Assembly (NCBI GenBank): GCA_002104905.1
Contig: MCFE01000140.1
Span: forward strand, 62,001 to 126,000
Length of the DNA stretch: 64,000 nucleotides
Direction of reading: 5' to 3'
DNA from: Basidiobolus meristosporus CBS 931.73
Lineage: Eukaryota > Fungi > Basidiobolomycota
Under the pieces are notes generated by a model. It was not told where the DNA came from. It worked only from the letters and a program-made list of their open reading frames with translations, and ran no database searches. The translations under genes and the position numbers were made by a program. This document shows, one piece after another, positions 51,800 to 64,000 of this stretch; the stretch's first letter is position 1, and each line of letters starts with the position of its first letter.

Positions 51800-52976
51800 A
51801 GTCAGTCTAAGTATATTCAATGTATACCCAGGATTCTCCAAGTGGTACACTTTCAACCAGCAGCTAGGTTCTATAGTGACAAACATCCTGTTGGTCAAAT
51901 GCAACCAAATAAAGAGAACTTGGTGCCATTTTGAGGCCCCGGCTCCCTTACCAGCATATGGCTGGGAGTTTGATGTATACTTCACTAGGAAAACATCCAG
52001 ATATCTCATATTCAGTAGGAGTTGTCAGCTAATCTAGCCAGAACAATGGATTTGATCATATTGCAGTAGTTGAGCATATTTTTAGATACTTGAAAGGTAC
52101 TGCTGACATCTGCTCAAGGTTCTCATTTAAGGGCTCAGAGCAGGATCTCTTGGGAAGCTCTGATGCTGATTAGGATCAAAATTTTGAAGACAAAAGACCT
52201 GCCACAAGATACACATTTTTATACTGCAAAGAAGCAATCTCATGGAAGTCAAGAAAGCAACCAACTATAGCACTTTCCATCATATTGGCAGAGTATATGG
52301 CAGTCTATGAGGGTACAAAAGTAGCAATAAGGCCAGTAAAACTGCTTAAAGACTTAGGCTTATATCACAAAGCCCTTACCACTTTGTTTCAAGATAATCA
52401 TGGATGCATAAAATAGGTAGAAATCCACCTTTCCATGGCTAAGCTGAGCACATAGATATTAGACATCATACATGTGTAAAGCTATAGAAAATAGACTTGT
52501 TAGTTTAGCTCACTGTCCTACAGATGAGATGATTGCAAACATACTTACCAAGCCATTAACTGGTGGCATGTTTGCATGTCCAGATCAAAATTAGGACTTG
52601 TTAGCACTGGCATTTAGTTAAGTGGGAGTGTTGTTAATATTTGTAGTTGCTCCTGAGTGTTCACCTGACTTAGTCATCTATACCTTTACCTACAAATCTG
52701 CAAGAGTTCTGACCAGATTCCTTGTTGGAATTCACTTGGAATATCTTGCTAAAACATCAGGTAACCACAACATGAGATCACTCGAAGTTGCCTAAGCAGC
52801 CCTAAACTTTGCTTACATGTGATTGGGACCTTTGCAAGCCTGTTCTCCACATTTGCTTTGCCAAGATCATGCCAAAGTATAAATACCACATTTACAACTC
52901 TTGTATCATTAAGTGAAACCCACATAAGTTATTTGTTTTCCTGATCACTTCATGTACCTCCAAAGCACTTGAAACA
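51800..52976 (+). mobile_element. Copia (B-related) RT-end/RNase H remnant with 3' LTR
   Basis: Degenerate RNase H; PPT AAGTGGGAG; LTR ~52629-52976. Confidence 0.7.
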
Positions 52977-53354
52977 TTTTACTTTATCATTGCACCTGAG
53001 AATTGCCCAAACATACCCATTTGAATTGCCACCTACAATCCTTAGAGAATTCTAACCAAATCCCTTAACAAGATATACAGAGCTTGCATCAAGATAAGCA
53101 ACCCCAGACTTTGTGCACATGTTATTTTGCCATGATCATGCTTGGAAATTCTGGGGCTGTTGGGACAGCTTAGAGACCTTTGATTTTTTAGGTACCTGAC
53201 ATCTTGGTGAAGAAATTCCAAGCAAATCCTTACAAGCCATCTGGTAAGGCTTCTCTGTGACTTATAGTCAATGATCTGGGTGACCAAGTTAGGTGTATAT
53301 TTTGGTGTAATTACAAATCTAACAATAGATTCCATGTTGTCTTCATGTTCTTCT

Positions 53355-56300
53355 TGTTGTAAGAGTCTTGGAGATATTGGAAGTGATTTGGAGAACAAGT
53401 AGATTATGTGGTTTTCACTTAATAATTTATTGAATGTAACAGTAGTATTTATACTTTTACCTGGTCTTGGCATTACAAACACGTAGAATAGGTTAAGGAA
53501 GGTCCCAAGAACATGTGTGCAAAGTTTGGGGCTGTTTGGACAACTTTGAGAATTTTCATGTTCTGGGTACCTGGTATTTTGGTGAAAATATTCTAAGTAA
53601 ATCCCGACAAGGAATTTGGTCAGTATTCTCTAGGATTTGAAGGTGATGATCTAAGTGACTAAGTTAGGTGAATATTTAGGTGGAAATACAAATTTTCACA
53701 ACACTCCTACTCAGCTAAATGTTCATACTGACTAGTCCTAATTTTGACCTAAGATATTCAAACTTGTCTCTAGCTAATAGTTTGGTAAATATGTCTGCAA
53801 TCATTTCATCTGTAGGACAGTAAACTAAGCTAAGTTATTCTCTATAGCTTCTTGTATGAAATGATGTCTAATATCTATGTGCTTGGTTCTAGCATGAAAA
53901 GTTGGATTTCTACCTAATTGTATACATCCTTGATTATCTTGAAATAAAGTAATAGGCGTTTTTTGACATAGGCCTAAATCTGCAAAGAGCTTTCTTAACC
54001 ACATTGCTTCTTTTGTAGCTTCACAGGCTGCCATATACTCTGCCTCTGTAGTAGAAAGAGCTACGGTTGGTTGCTTTCTTAAATTCCATGAAATTGCTCC
54101 TTTACAGTAAAGAAAGGTGTATTCTGTGGTGGATCTTCTGTCTTCCAAATTTTGTCCCCAGTCAGCATCAGAGTATCCCACAAGATCCTGTTCTGAATTC
54201 TTATAAGTGTATCTTAAGCAGATATCAGCAGTTCCTTTTAGGTATCTAAAAATCCGCTTAACTGCTGCAATATGATCAGATCCATAGTTCTGATTATGTT
54301 GGCTTACAACTCCCACTGAATATGAGATATCTGGACGTGTTCCAAGCATGATATACATCAGACTGCCAACCATAGATTGATAAGGAAAGTCAGGGCTTTC
54401 AAATGGCACCAAGCTCTCTTGATTTGGTTGAGTTTTGACCAAGTTAAGGTTTGTCTCCATTGGGGTAGCTGCCGGTTTACAGTCTTCCATTTTGTACTTC
54501 TTTAGTATATCTTGAATATACTTGGATTGGCTTAGGGTAATAGTCTGGGTACTTCTGTCTATGGAGAACTTAATCCCTAGGTAGTAACTAAGCTCTCCTA
54601 AATCAGACATCTTGAACTCCTTAGATAGGCTGGATTTAGTCTCTTCCAATGTTTCTAGGTTATTAGCGGCTATAATAAGATCATCCACATATAGAGCTAA
54701 TAGAACTGGATTTGCTCTATCTGGCTTATAGTATATACTATAGTCAGCATTACTCCTTTTGAAACTCAAAGATTCCAAATAAGAATCTATCTTGCAATTC
54801 CAGGCTCTTGGTGATTGTTTGAGACCATATAGTGACTTTTTAAGCTTGCAGACCAAATGGGGGTTATCTTGGTCAACAAACCCATCAGGCTGGTCCATAT
54901 ACACATCCTCATCAAGTTCTCCATTCAAAAATGCAGTTTTTACATCCATTTGATGAATAAAGAACTTATATTTGGCTGCAATAGCCAATATTAATCTGAT
55001 AGAATTAAACTTGGCTACCGGTGCAAAGGTCTCAGTGTAGTTAAGTCCTTTTGTTTGAGAGTATCCTTTGGCTACAAGTCTTGCTTTGTATCTTTCAATT
55101 GTACCATCAGCCTTGTATTTTGTCTTGAAGACCCATCTGCATCCAATTGATTTTTGGTTGATTGGTAATTTGACCAAGTCCCAAGTTTGATTTTCCATCA
55201 GGGCCTGATATTCCTCAGTCATTGCAGATCTCCAAAACTTTGTCTGAGGGCTATTTAGGGCCTCTTTTACAGTCTGGGGTTTATCAATATGGACTTAATA
55301 GGCATAGGCTAAGTTTGTTCCCTCATTAATATAGTAATTTGGGCTATTTCTTGTCTGATTTGATCTCTGGGCATTTGATACTGGAATGATCACTTCTGGG
55401 ATATTCCTGGGCACTGATTCTGGCTGAACCACGGTTGTAGAGTCCTCTGGAGTGAAAAAATTATCATTGTTTTGCTCTGATTCAATCCTGACAATTGGTA
55501 GACTTGAGATCAAATTTTTGTCATCATCTGATGTCATTTTTTGTGAAAATTTTGAATTTTCATCAAACAACACATCCCTGGACTTGATCAGCTCTTTTGC
55601 TTTGGTATTGTAGAGTCTGTATGCCTTACTCTCATTGCAGTAGCCCAAAAAAATGCATTTTACACTTTTTGGCTCAAATTTTGACTGATTTCCGGCCAGT
55701 TTTTTGGCATATGCTGTACACCCAAATATTCTTAGATGTTCTGCACTTGGTCTATATCCAAACCATGCTTCAAATGGAGTAGAATCACAAAGTATTCTGT
55801 TATAACTCCTATTTTTAAGGTATACAGCAGTGGCAACTGATTCTGCCCAAAAATCATAGGATAATTTTTGATCATGGATCATAGATCTTGCCATATCAAT
55901 TATTGATCTGTTAGCTTGTTCTGCTACTCCATTTTGCTGTGGGGAGTATGGTACAGTAGTCTCTTGCTTTATCCCATGAATTTTGCAGAAGTGGATGAAG
56001 AGTTTGAGGTATATTCTCCACCATTGTCAGAGCGTATTTTCTTGATTTTTTCACCAGTTTCTCTCTCCACCATGGCTTTAAACTCCCTGAGCTTAGACAG
56101 AGCTTCTTCCTTTCTCTCCATGAAGTAGACCCATGTGTATCTTGTATATTCATCAATAACAGTGATTAAATACTTCATCCCGCCTAAGGATAAATTTTGC
56201 ATAGGTCCACACAGATCTGAGTGAGTTAGATATAGTTTTTTCTTAGTTCTGATTAACCCTGAGCTCTTGAACAGTTGTCTGGCTTGTTTCCCATATATGC

Positions 56301-58034
56301 AGGCTTCACAGTGCTTCAAATTAGCTGGGGGATCAATTTTCACTACAGAAATTAGCTGATTTTTGATCATTTTACGCAAATAATCAAAATCAATGTGTCC
56401 AAATCTCCTGTGCCAAAGCATTGGTGTTTCTTCATTTAAGTTACTTATATTGGCTTCAAGATATGATGGAATATAAGTCAACTTGTATAGATTCTAATCT
56501 CCAATGCCCAAAGTAATATGGGCACCATTTTGATCAGTGGTCCTGCATCCAGAATTGTCAAAACTGAAACTGAGTCCTTCTGCTGTGGCCTTACTTACAG
56601 AGAGTAGGTTCTTGGCTATTTCTGGTACATAGGGTACTTCTTTAAAGGTCAGTGTATGGCTTCCTTCACTGCTTCTACGGTTTACTTGGATAGCTCCTTC
56701 TCCCACTGCATCAAGTGTTCTATTGTCACCCATGAAAACCCTCTTAATTGGAATTTCTTGATATTGGGTAAAAAGTTCTTTTTGTTGTGTAAAGTGTTGA
56801 GATGCTTCAGAGTCAATATACCACATCTGAGAATCCTTGTTTGTGGTCATATTTAGTGCAGATGTGAATAGTCTATCTTCAGTTGTTGCAGCATTTCCAT
56901 ATTAAAGCTTCTTTTGCTGATTATCTTTCTTTTTGAGACACCCATCTGATGTGTGTCCTTTCCTTTTGCAGTAGTTACAAAAGAGGTTGCTGTTGCCTTT
57001 GTAGGGTCTTGGGTACCTCCCTTGCTGGTTATCACTGCTTATTAAAGCATTTTCTTCTTCCTTCTTATTGGCACTAGATTTTCTTAATTCTTCATCCAGG
57101 AGCCTTCCACATACGTAATTTAAGGTCAAATCTTCAGTTCTGGACTCTAGGGCTGATACAAGACCCTGAAGCTTGTCTGTCAGGCTATCCAGGATGGTAA
57201 ATATCACATCCTTATCAGTAGTTGGTACACCCACAGATTCCATCTCATCTACCAGCAGGGTAATTCTGTAAATTAGATTTTTCATTTCTTTTCCTGGCAG
57301 CATCTTTATAGTACAGAATTTTTGTCTCAGATACATTTTTTTAGCAGCTGAACATGACTGGTAGGTGTCTTCTAATGCCTTCCAGGCACTCTTTTCTATT
57401 TTTGCTTTTGAGCATTGAATTAGCAATTTGTCTTTAACATCAAGGCAAATGCAGTCAAAGGCACTTTGTTCTTTCTTCTGGTACTTTAAGGCTTCCTCTC
57501 CCACGTTTTTAGGAGGGCATCCTTCTCCCATGACAATATCCCAAAGGTCTCTTTCTTGTAGTAGCACTTTCATCTTCACCTTCCACACTTGGTAGTTAGA
57601 TCCATCCAACTTTTCAGCAGAGGGAAAAATTCCAGTAATAGCAGTAGTAGACATTGCAGAGAGTGACAGCTTGGGGCTCCTAACCTGTTGTAAGAGTCTT
57701 GGAGTTATTGGAAGTGATTTGGGAGGACAAGTAGATTATGTGGTTTTCACTTAATGATTTATTGAATGTAAAAGTAGTGTTTATACTTTTACCAGGTCTT
57801 GGCATTACAGGTACATAGAATAGGTTAAGGAAGGTGCGAAGAACATGTGTGCAAAGCTTGGGGCTGTTTGGACAACTTTGAGAATTTTCATGTTCTGGGT
57901 ACCTGGTATTTTGGTGAAAATACTCAAGTAAATCCCAACAAGGAATTTGGTCAGTATTCTCTAGGATTTGAAGGTAATAATCTAAGTGACTAAGTTAGGT
58001 AAATATCTAGGTGGAAATTCAAATTTTTACAACA
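53355..58034 (-). mobile_element. Ty1/Copia-B2 retrotransposon, best-preserved retroelement here
   Basis: 5' LTR 57686-58034, PBS GGTTAGGAGCCC, gag 56902-57654, PR 56494-56850, INT 55295-56481, RT-RH 53825-55222, 3' LTR 53355-53703. No TSD. Confidence 0.94.
53825..57654 (-). pseudogene. Copia-B2 gag-pol
   Basis: 465-aa open RT-RNase H (YKARLVAKG, LYVDD, YSDADW, RTKHIDIRHHF). In-frame TAA at 55295 where B1 has Ser; frameshift in the integrase. Confidence 0.93.
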
Positions 58035-60996
58035 GAATCACCCCTCTTTATTTGCTTACACACTACTACCTTGGGTATTCCACATATAGTTTGAATCAAA
58101 AAAACTATAGCCTCCTGCTTGCTAAACTCTACAAACATGTACACCTGCCACAATTGACATACTTCTATTACATCAACTTTAGGGCTTTTTAGTGTGATAC
58201 TTGCAAAGTTGCCAGATACCTTGTATTGCTGGTATCATATACATCTTGTAAACATATGCTTGGTTATTGCCACTTCTGCCATGAATACCTCCTGAATATC
58301 CGCAAGAACTTCTTGGAGTTTAGCCAATATATTCCTTCTCCCTGCTATATTCTAGTCCCCCTTATAGGTGTGCTCTGGCTTTTGTTTGTGTGAGTTGCAT
58401 ATTGAATGGTGTAGAAGTTGGCTTGTGACCACAAGAAGTCTGGCATACCTTGGTAGAGTTTTCCTCATAATAATCAGTTTCTTGCTGCACCCAACCCAAC
58501 TTTGCATTACTTAGCTGATTACCCATGCATTGGGGCTGCTTAGCTTCTTAATGCCATAGGCATAGGTGTCTCCATGTGCACAATTGTCCTCAGTATTTTC
58601 CAACTCTTTCTGGCTGTCCTGCATGTGCCAACTCATCACATCCATGATGGACTTGAAGGTAATATTCTTGATGAGATTGGGCTATTGCAGTACCTGCAAC
58701 TTGATTTGACTTCCTATCTCCTCATACATCTGCTCCATAGGAAACTCCAAAAAGGTAAAGCAAGGCCCAATATTCTCCACACACCATGCAAGATGGAGTA
58801 GAGAATGGATACAGTAGCAGCAGAGATCTACATGTTCAGCTTTATGTTTGTAGTATTACCGCTCAAATCCTGTCACAAACTCCTTGCACAACAGCCATAG
58901 ATGCATCAAGTTAGCATTGGTGATATGCTTATGAATAAATATTCCTACATTGCCCACATATGAACCCCAATGCCTCCAATGTACTCTTGGTAGGAATAGC
59001 TTCAGAATGCTACATGAATAATCCCATATTTAGTTCATCCAGTCTGTGCATTTGTATTGTTGCATAGGCATATGAATATTAATTGGAGCCCCTGAGAAGT
59101 ACTTAGGGTGGTGGATAATCTGTAATATCTTGCCAATTCTTCCAAATTCCTCCAGTATCTCAGATGGCTCATTTAGCTTGAAATGCCCATGTTCAACTTG
59201 GTCATCAGTATAGGGATATTGTTGAAAGGCAAATGCATTGCTCTCAGTGGAAAGCTTTTGCTCCAACAGATACCCTCTATCTTAAGTATCTCCAGCTTCC
59301 AAATGATCCCATATTCTGGCCAATGGCTTAAAGCTTGCTAACCTTGCTGCAATTGCATGCTGACTTCAGTACATTTTCTCTGTGATAGATGATGTTCTCA
59401 GTGTTGGTGTTTGGGTAATATTAATGTGTGTGAGTTATGGAGTAAATCCCCTGGTTCTAACAATATGCACTTTTACATGCCAGCCATTTACTGCTATCCT
59501 ACTGGAAAGCATACAAAACGTATCCAGCAATGGATACAGGAAGCTATACAGGTTGGGCAGTGATTTAGGCCCAGATACCAGTGAGACTACTGTCAGATTA
59601 TTGCTTTGATACCATAAGATGGGCAGCAGACTCAGATTGATGAGAATCAATGGCCAGCAGGATTTGCTGGTAGAGTGCTTGTTTAACAAGAATCCATCAA
59701 GTACTAAGGCAAAAGCATGGTCATACATACCTTCAAAGTAGTCCTTGCTTCTTAGCTGTTTGTAATGTTTGCCATTGATTGTATTGGATATGTTTGCACC
59801 TAATTGATACTGAGTGCGGTACTGTATAGCTTTGCAATACTTGTTGGACGGCATCAGTTTCCTCAGACATGGTATGAACAGAATATATCTGGAGTGTGAA
59901 CAATGTTTCACCTCAATGGTGGTGAATTCCTGACAATCTGGACAGGTTGCACTGGTAGCATTTTTGGTTGTGAATGCCATGCACTGCTAACATGTGCTGG
60001 AATCAGGACAGTCTCTGGATTGTATGTTGCCAGCCACATGATAGTGTTCCATCCTGGTATGATTTTGGCAAGAAGTAGTAATAAATCCTCAAAGCCCCCA
60101 TTACTGATATTAATGGAAATGTTCCACTTCTCTAGCCACAACATTACGTCATTCACCAGTAGATGGATCACAGGGCTCACTTGGCTCCATAGAGTGTCCT
60201 TGGCATTTGTTTCAACATGTGTTGTCTCATTGCATATAGGGATTTGACCAGGCCCATATGTGGTACTGTTGTAAGGGGCAATAGGCTCAAAATCCATCAG
60301 TGAACCTTCTTTGTCAGTGCTATCACTCTGTGTGCCATATTCAGAAGGCTGATATGAGCCTAAAGTTGTCACAGATTTACCTGACTCAGTTTGTGTAAGG
60401 TGACAAAGATGGCCAGGTGTTAATATAGGAGTATCAACCATCCAGCAAGATAATGTTGGTGCGGTATTGACAAATGAATGGTCAAATATGACTTGGGTGG
60501 CAAAACACTGGCCGTGATCCTTGTGATACTTCCTATGCTGTCTGCTTGCTTCATGGCTGCAAGATTTGCCACAATAGCCACATGTTCTTTTTTCTCTTCT
60601 CTTACAGCATTGAGTCAAAGTAGTCTTGTCCATGGGGTAAACAGTTTGACCTTCAACAATGTAACACTTTTATACCACTTTTTGGTCAATAGTCATGTGA
60701 GCTTAAGATAGTCTTGTATTTGAGACATTGCACCTACATGTATGTAGAATTCAATGCTGACCCACCATAGTAAGCATTATAAGTAAAGTAGTGGTACCAC
60801 ATACATGTATATGTAGCACTATTTCCCCTTTGGTTTTACTCACTTCCATATATATGCTGCAAAAAATAAAGTAAGGTTGTCTGGTTCCCAACCAAACCCC
60901 ACCACTGACAGCAACAGAAGAATGGTTGGACAATAGCTTGCTTTGACAATCAGTGCAACAAGCAGGGTTTCATCCAAAAAAGGCCCTGTGGACAGT

Positions 60997-61665
60997 AGAC
61001 TTGTTCCGTTGGATAGTGCCACATTGAGCCATGAGTGCCAAATAGTGCCATTGCGTGCCAGAGAGGCATGGCAGACCTAAACTTGGCCCCAGAGTGTGAA
61101 ATTTAGCTCTGCATCATCATGCAAAGCAGCCCCTGTGTTTCACCCATTGTGTTGGAGAAAATCCATTTTTTGACCTTTTTTTTTGGATCAGTGTTGTGCA
61201 GGATGTGTAAGAGGACAGAAGGACTGAAGACATGCACCTGGTACTCAATACACATGGCACTCTGAATCTAGCTCCTGTAGCTTGTATCATGTCACAAAAA
61301 TAAATGGCACTATTTTGGTCCACTGGTACTATCTGGCACTATATTTAAATATTAGCCCTAAAGTAAGACCTATACAAAGCACTTACAGTGCCAGATTCAG
61401 AGTGCCATGTGTATTGAGTACCAGGTGCATGTCTTCAGTCCTTCTGTCCTCTTACACATCCTGCACAACACTGATCCAAATAAAAAGGTCAAAAAATGGA
61501 TTTTCTCCAACACAATGGGTGAAACACAGGGGCTGCTTTGCATGAAGATGGAGAGCTATGTTTCACACTCTGTGGCCAATTTTAGGCACACTTAGTCTCC
61601 CTGGCACACTTTGGCATCAAATGGCACTCATGGCTCAATGTGGCACTATCCAACGGAACAAGTCT
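60997..61665. mobile_element. Fold-back MITE (669 bp), second copy
   Basis: AGACTTGTTCCGTTGG...CCAACGGAACAAGTCT; TSD AGT at 60994-60996 and 61666-61668; empty site with a single AGT at 49232-49234. Confidence 0.93.
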
Positions 61666-62236
61666 AGTGTGCTCATTGAAGGTAATAATGCAGACCCCTC
61701 AGGCTCTCAGTCAAGTAAGCAATTGAGAACCTCTGTGGAGCCGCAAGCTGACCATTATGCTCAGGCAGATGAGAATGTAGCAAATGCAGTACCCTCAGTT
61801 GAAGACCAGCAAATGGCTGTCATAACATCACCACCACCCATATCAGCAAGTATGTTGTCAGCTCATACCAATGCATTAGTGAAGTAATTAGGTGCAGTGG
61901 CTAATAGGATAGATGCAATGGCCTAGAGAAATCAGGAAATTGTCCAGAAACAGGATGAGTGGATAATATGTGTAGAGCTATCAATATTGCTGGTAGAGAA
62001 AGCAGTATTTTTGCTGCAAAGAAGAAACGCAAGTAGCTCAATGTCACAGCAAATAATTGAACTATTTCCCAGTGTAACAGCAGAGAAACACTGTACAGTC
62101 TTTGAAGCACAACAACAGTGCCCAAAGATATAGCCCACAGAAAAACCTATCACAGTGTGGGAGGGAGACAATGTGGTGATTATACCAAAGCCTAAAAATC
62201 AAAAGACCTTGAAGATCTGTGAAGCTGTTGTATTGG

Positions 62237-62900
62237 TGTCACAGTGACACCCACTGACAGATGTGCTCATTCCCATATTTTCTACATCCCTGTTTCTCTA
62301 CTACACTTATTTTAGTTTTATCACATTTGTGTTACTTGATCAGTACTCTCCCATAAGCCGGCTGACTATCACACCTGCTTACCTTATTGCATAAGTTATC
62401 CCTCACTTTATGTAAGATCACTAGCTATAAGTGGTTCAATATTAGGCAACCACCTGCACCAGTGCCTGTGATACATGATCAAACCGTGTCACCATCCCTA
62501 CCATTTCTATACCATATATGGTATCTCTATGTTACACATGTTTCAAAGTAATGATTCCAGATTGGTTAGATGTGCTGTGTCCCTTAAAACCTTCTTTTAA
62601 CTGCTGGTGGATTTTACAGTTGTTTTGACTTTGGAAGCTTTAGTACATTGTCATCTCAAAGGACGCTAAACCCAGCACATACTTCTGTTAAGACACCCAC
62701 TAAGTTAGGGATTGTGGCTCAGTAGTTTTTGCTTGACAAGCTTGTGGCTTTATTCTCCATCACATTATGTTAGAGACAGAGCCCAAGTATTCCTAGCCAG
62801 CTTTTGCTAGAGGTTATTGCACCCAGTGAACATCCAACACACAAAACACTTGAGAAGTGTTGGATGTATTTCTCCCTTGGACTTATACGCCACCATACTA
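62237..62900 (+). repeat. LTR-like family C (~660 bp)
   Basis: Starts TGTCACAG; flanks TTGG/TTGA; uninterrupted host sequence at 39635-39670. Confidence 0.6.
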
Positions 62901-64000
62901 TTGAGTGCAATAATGAAGAGTGGGCTAATATTCAAGAGGCTGTCAGATGTCTAGCACACCATCACCTTAAGGCCAGCATACCATGGGACCATCAGGAACT
63001 CCAGGCCAAGCAGAATGCACTTGACTTGTTCCATGAGCATTATTCTGGATTTAAACAGGCAAACAGAGTTTTGGCCAGCATTGGTATGCTAAGAAAGTAT
63101 TTTTAAGAATAGCAGAAACTATTAAAGGCAGAACAAGAATGCCATGGCTAACAGCCAGCAGCTTCCTCAAGAGCCCATTACAAGCAGGGCTGAAAGCTCC
63201 AGACAAGCATCAAAGAGACGTCAGGTAGTGGGAAGAGTGCCAGTTAGGGACAAGCAGGCAGACACAGATGCACCAGCACAACATTTATCAAGGAAAAAGC
63301 GTAATACCACTCATGAAGCACCCAGTCAAAGTAGCAGTGAAGGACATGGCAGTGATAAAAGCCAGCTGCTTTTACAGGAGCCTATCACAACTATGGTTGA
63401 GAGCTCAAAACAAGTGGAAAAGTAACATCAGGTTGCCAGAAAAGTGCCAGCAAGGGGCAAGCAGGCCAAAATAGATGCATCAGAGCAGAATTTATCCAGG
63501 AGAAAGTGTAGTCCTTTACAAGAGCACCCAGACAAAGTAGCAGTGAAAGACCTGGCAGTGATAAAGGAAAAGGTAAAGGGAAGAATGTCTACCCAAGCCT
63601 GAGACAGGGAGGCATGCAAAAAAACTGCAGCACTCACCAATTAATGGTGCCAGCCTAGAGCAGACTGAATCCAATTATAGCCAAGAAAATTACCAACAAG
63701 AAAACAGCTATTTTCACAAGAGTTGGAAGCGCAGCCAGTTGAGCTACACTTCAGTTAGGTAGATGAGTTTCCTGAAAAAGGCAGTTTGTCTACCACAGCC
63801 TCCACATCCTCTATTGTTGACACAGTGGAGATCCCACTGACAGACAAGGCTACAATTTTAAGAGCTTGAAAGACTATCACAATGCCTTAAGTGGAATTTT
63901 GGGACATTAATAGGCACACCAAGAGGTTGCAGTACCTCTTCAAGAGCAGTGCTCAAGAAAACGCACTGGAATATTGCAAGGATTTGTTGCAAAGACTGGC

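Larger units (their letters stand above)
58035..64000 (-). mobile_element. CACTA-like copy 4 (runs off the window)
   Basis: Transposase on minus 58035-60633 (ATCPDCQEF; ALVLDGF...CWPLILINLSLLP...SGPK); accessory gene on plus from ~60950, interrupted by the MITE and LTR-C. Confidence 0.8.

Noticed and set aside
53355-58034. Active autonomous Copia
   Set aside because: In-frame stop at 55295, integrase frameshift, breaks between gag, PR and INT, visibly diverged LTRs and no TSD.
1104-63640. Numerous 60-130-aa ORFs antisense to or overlapping TE genes
   Set aside because: They are shadow frames of decayed gag/pol/transposase sequence or LTRs with no independent coding signal.
1-64000. Repeat-induced point mutation (RIP)
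   Set aside because: Some CA-to-TA stops exist, but the dominant visible signal is CpG loss; a substitution-context analysis is needed and was not run.
1-64000. Host protein-coding genes, tRNA or rRNA genes, and a specific host taxon
   Set aside because: No non-TE domain or structured RNA was recognised; TE content suggests a fungus or non-seed plant but does not identify one.

Overview
Eukaryotic (most likely fungal or non-seed-plant; host not determinable) repeat-packed region with no recognisable host gene, rRNA, tRNA or CRISPR. About 95% of the window is a nested stack of decayed transposons: one non-chromo Ty3/Gypsy family (Gypsy-A), a chromovirus, two Ty1/Copia families (A, B), an orphan LTR family (C) and several copies of a two-gene CMC/EnSpm (CACTA-like) DNA transposon. 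CpG is nearly absent throughout. The exception is a 3.44-kb PHIS-superfamily (PIF/Harbinger-IS5-like) DNA transposon at 44226-47667. It has a perfect AAT target-site duplication, an uninterrupted DDE_Tnp_4 transposase containing no CpG, and a divergent CpG-rich accessory gene of unknown family. Two ~0.7-kb fold-back MITEs (5636-6367, 60997-61665) are built from two copies of its right end. All three insertions have A-N-T TSDs that can be confirmed against empty sites elsewhere in this window. Boundaries were read by eye and may be off by a few bases in the decayed elements; no database search was run.
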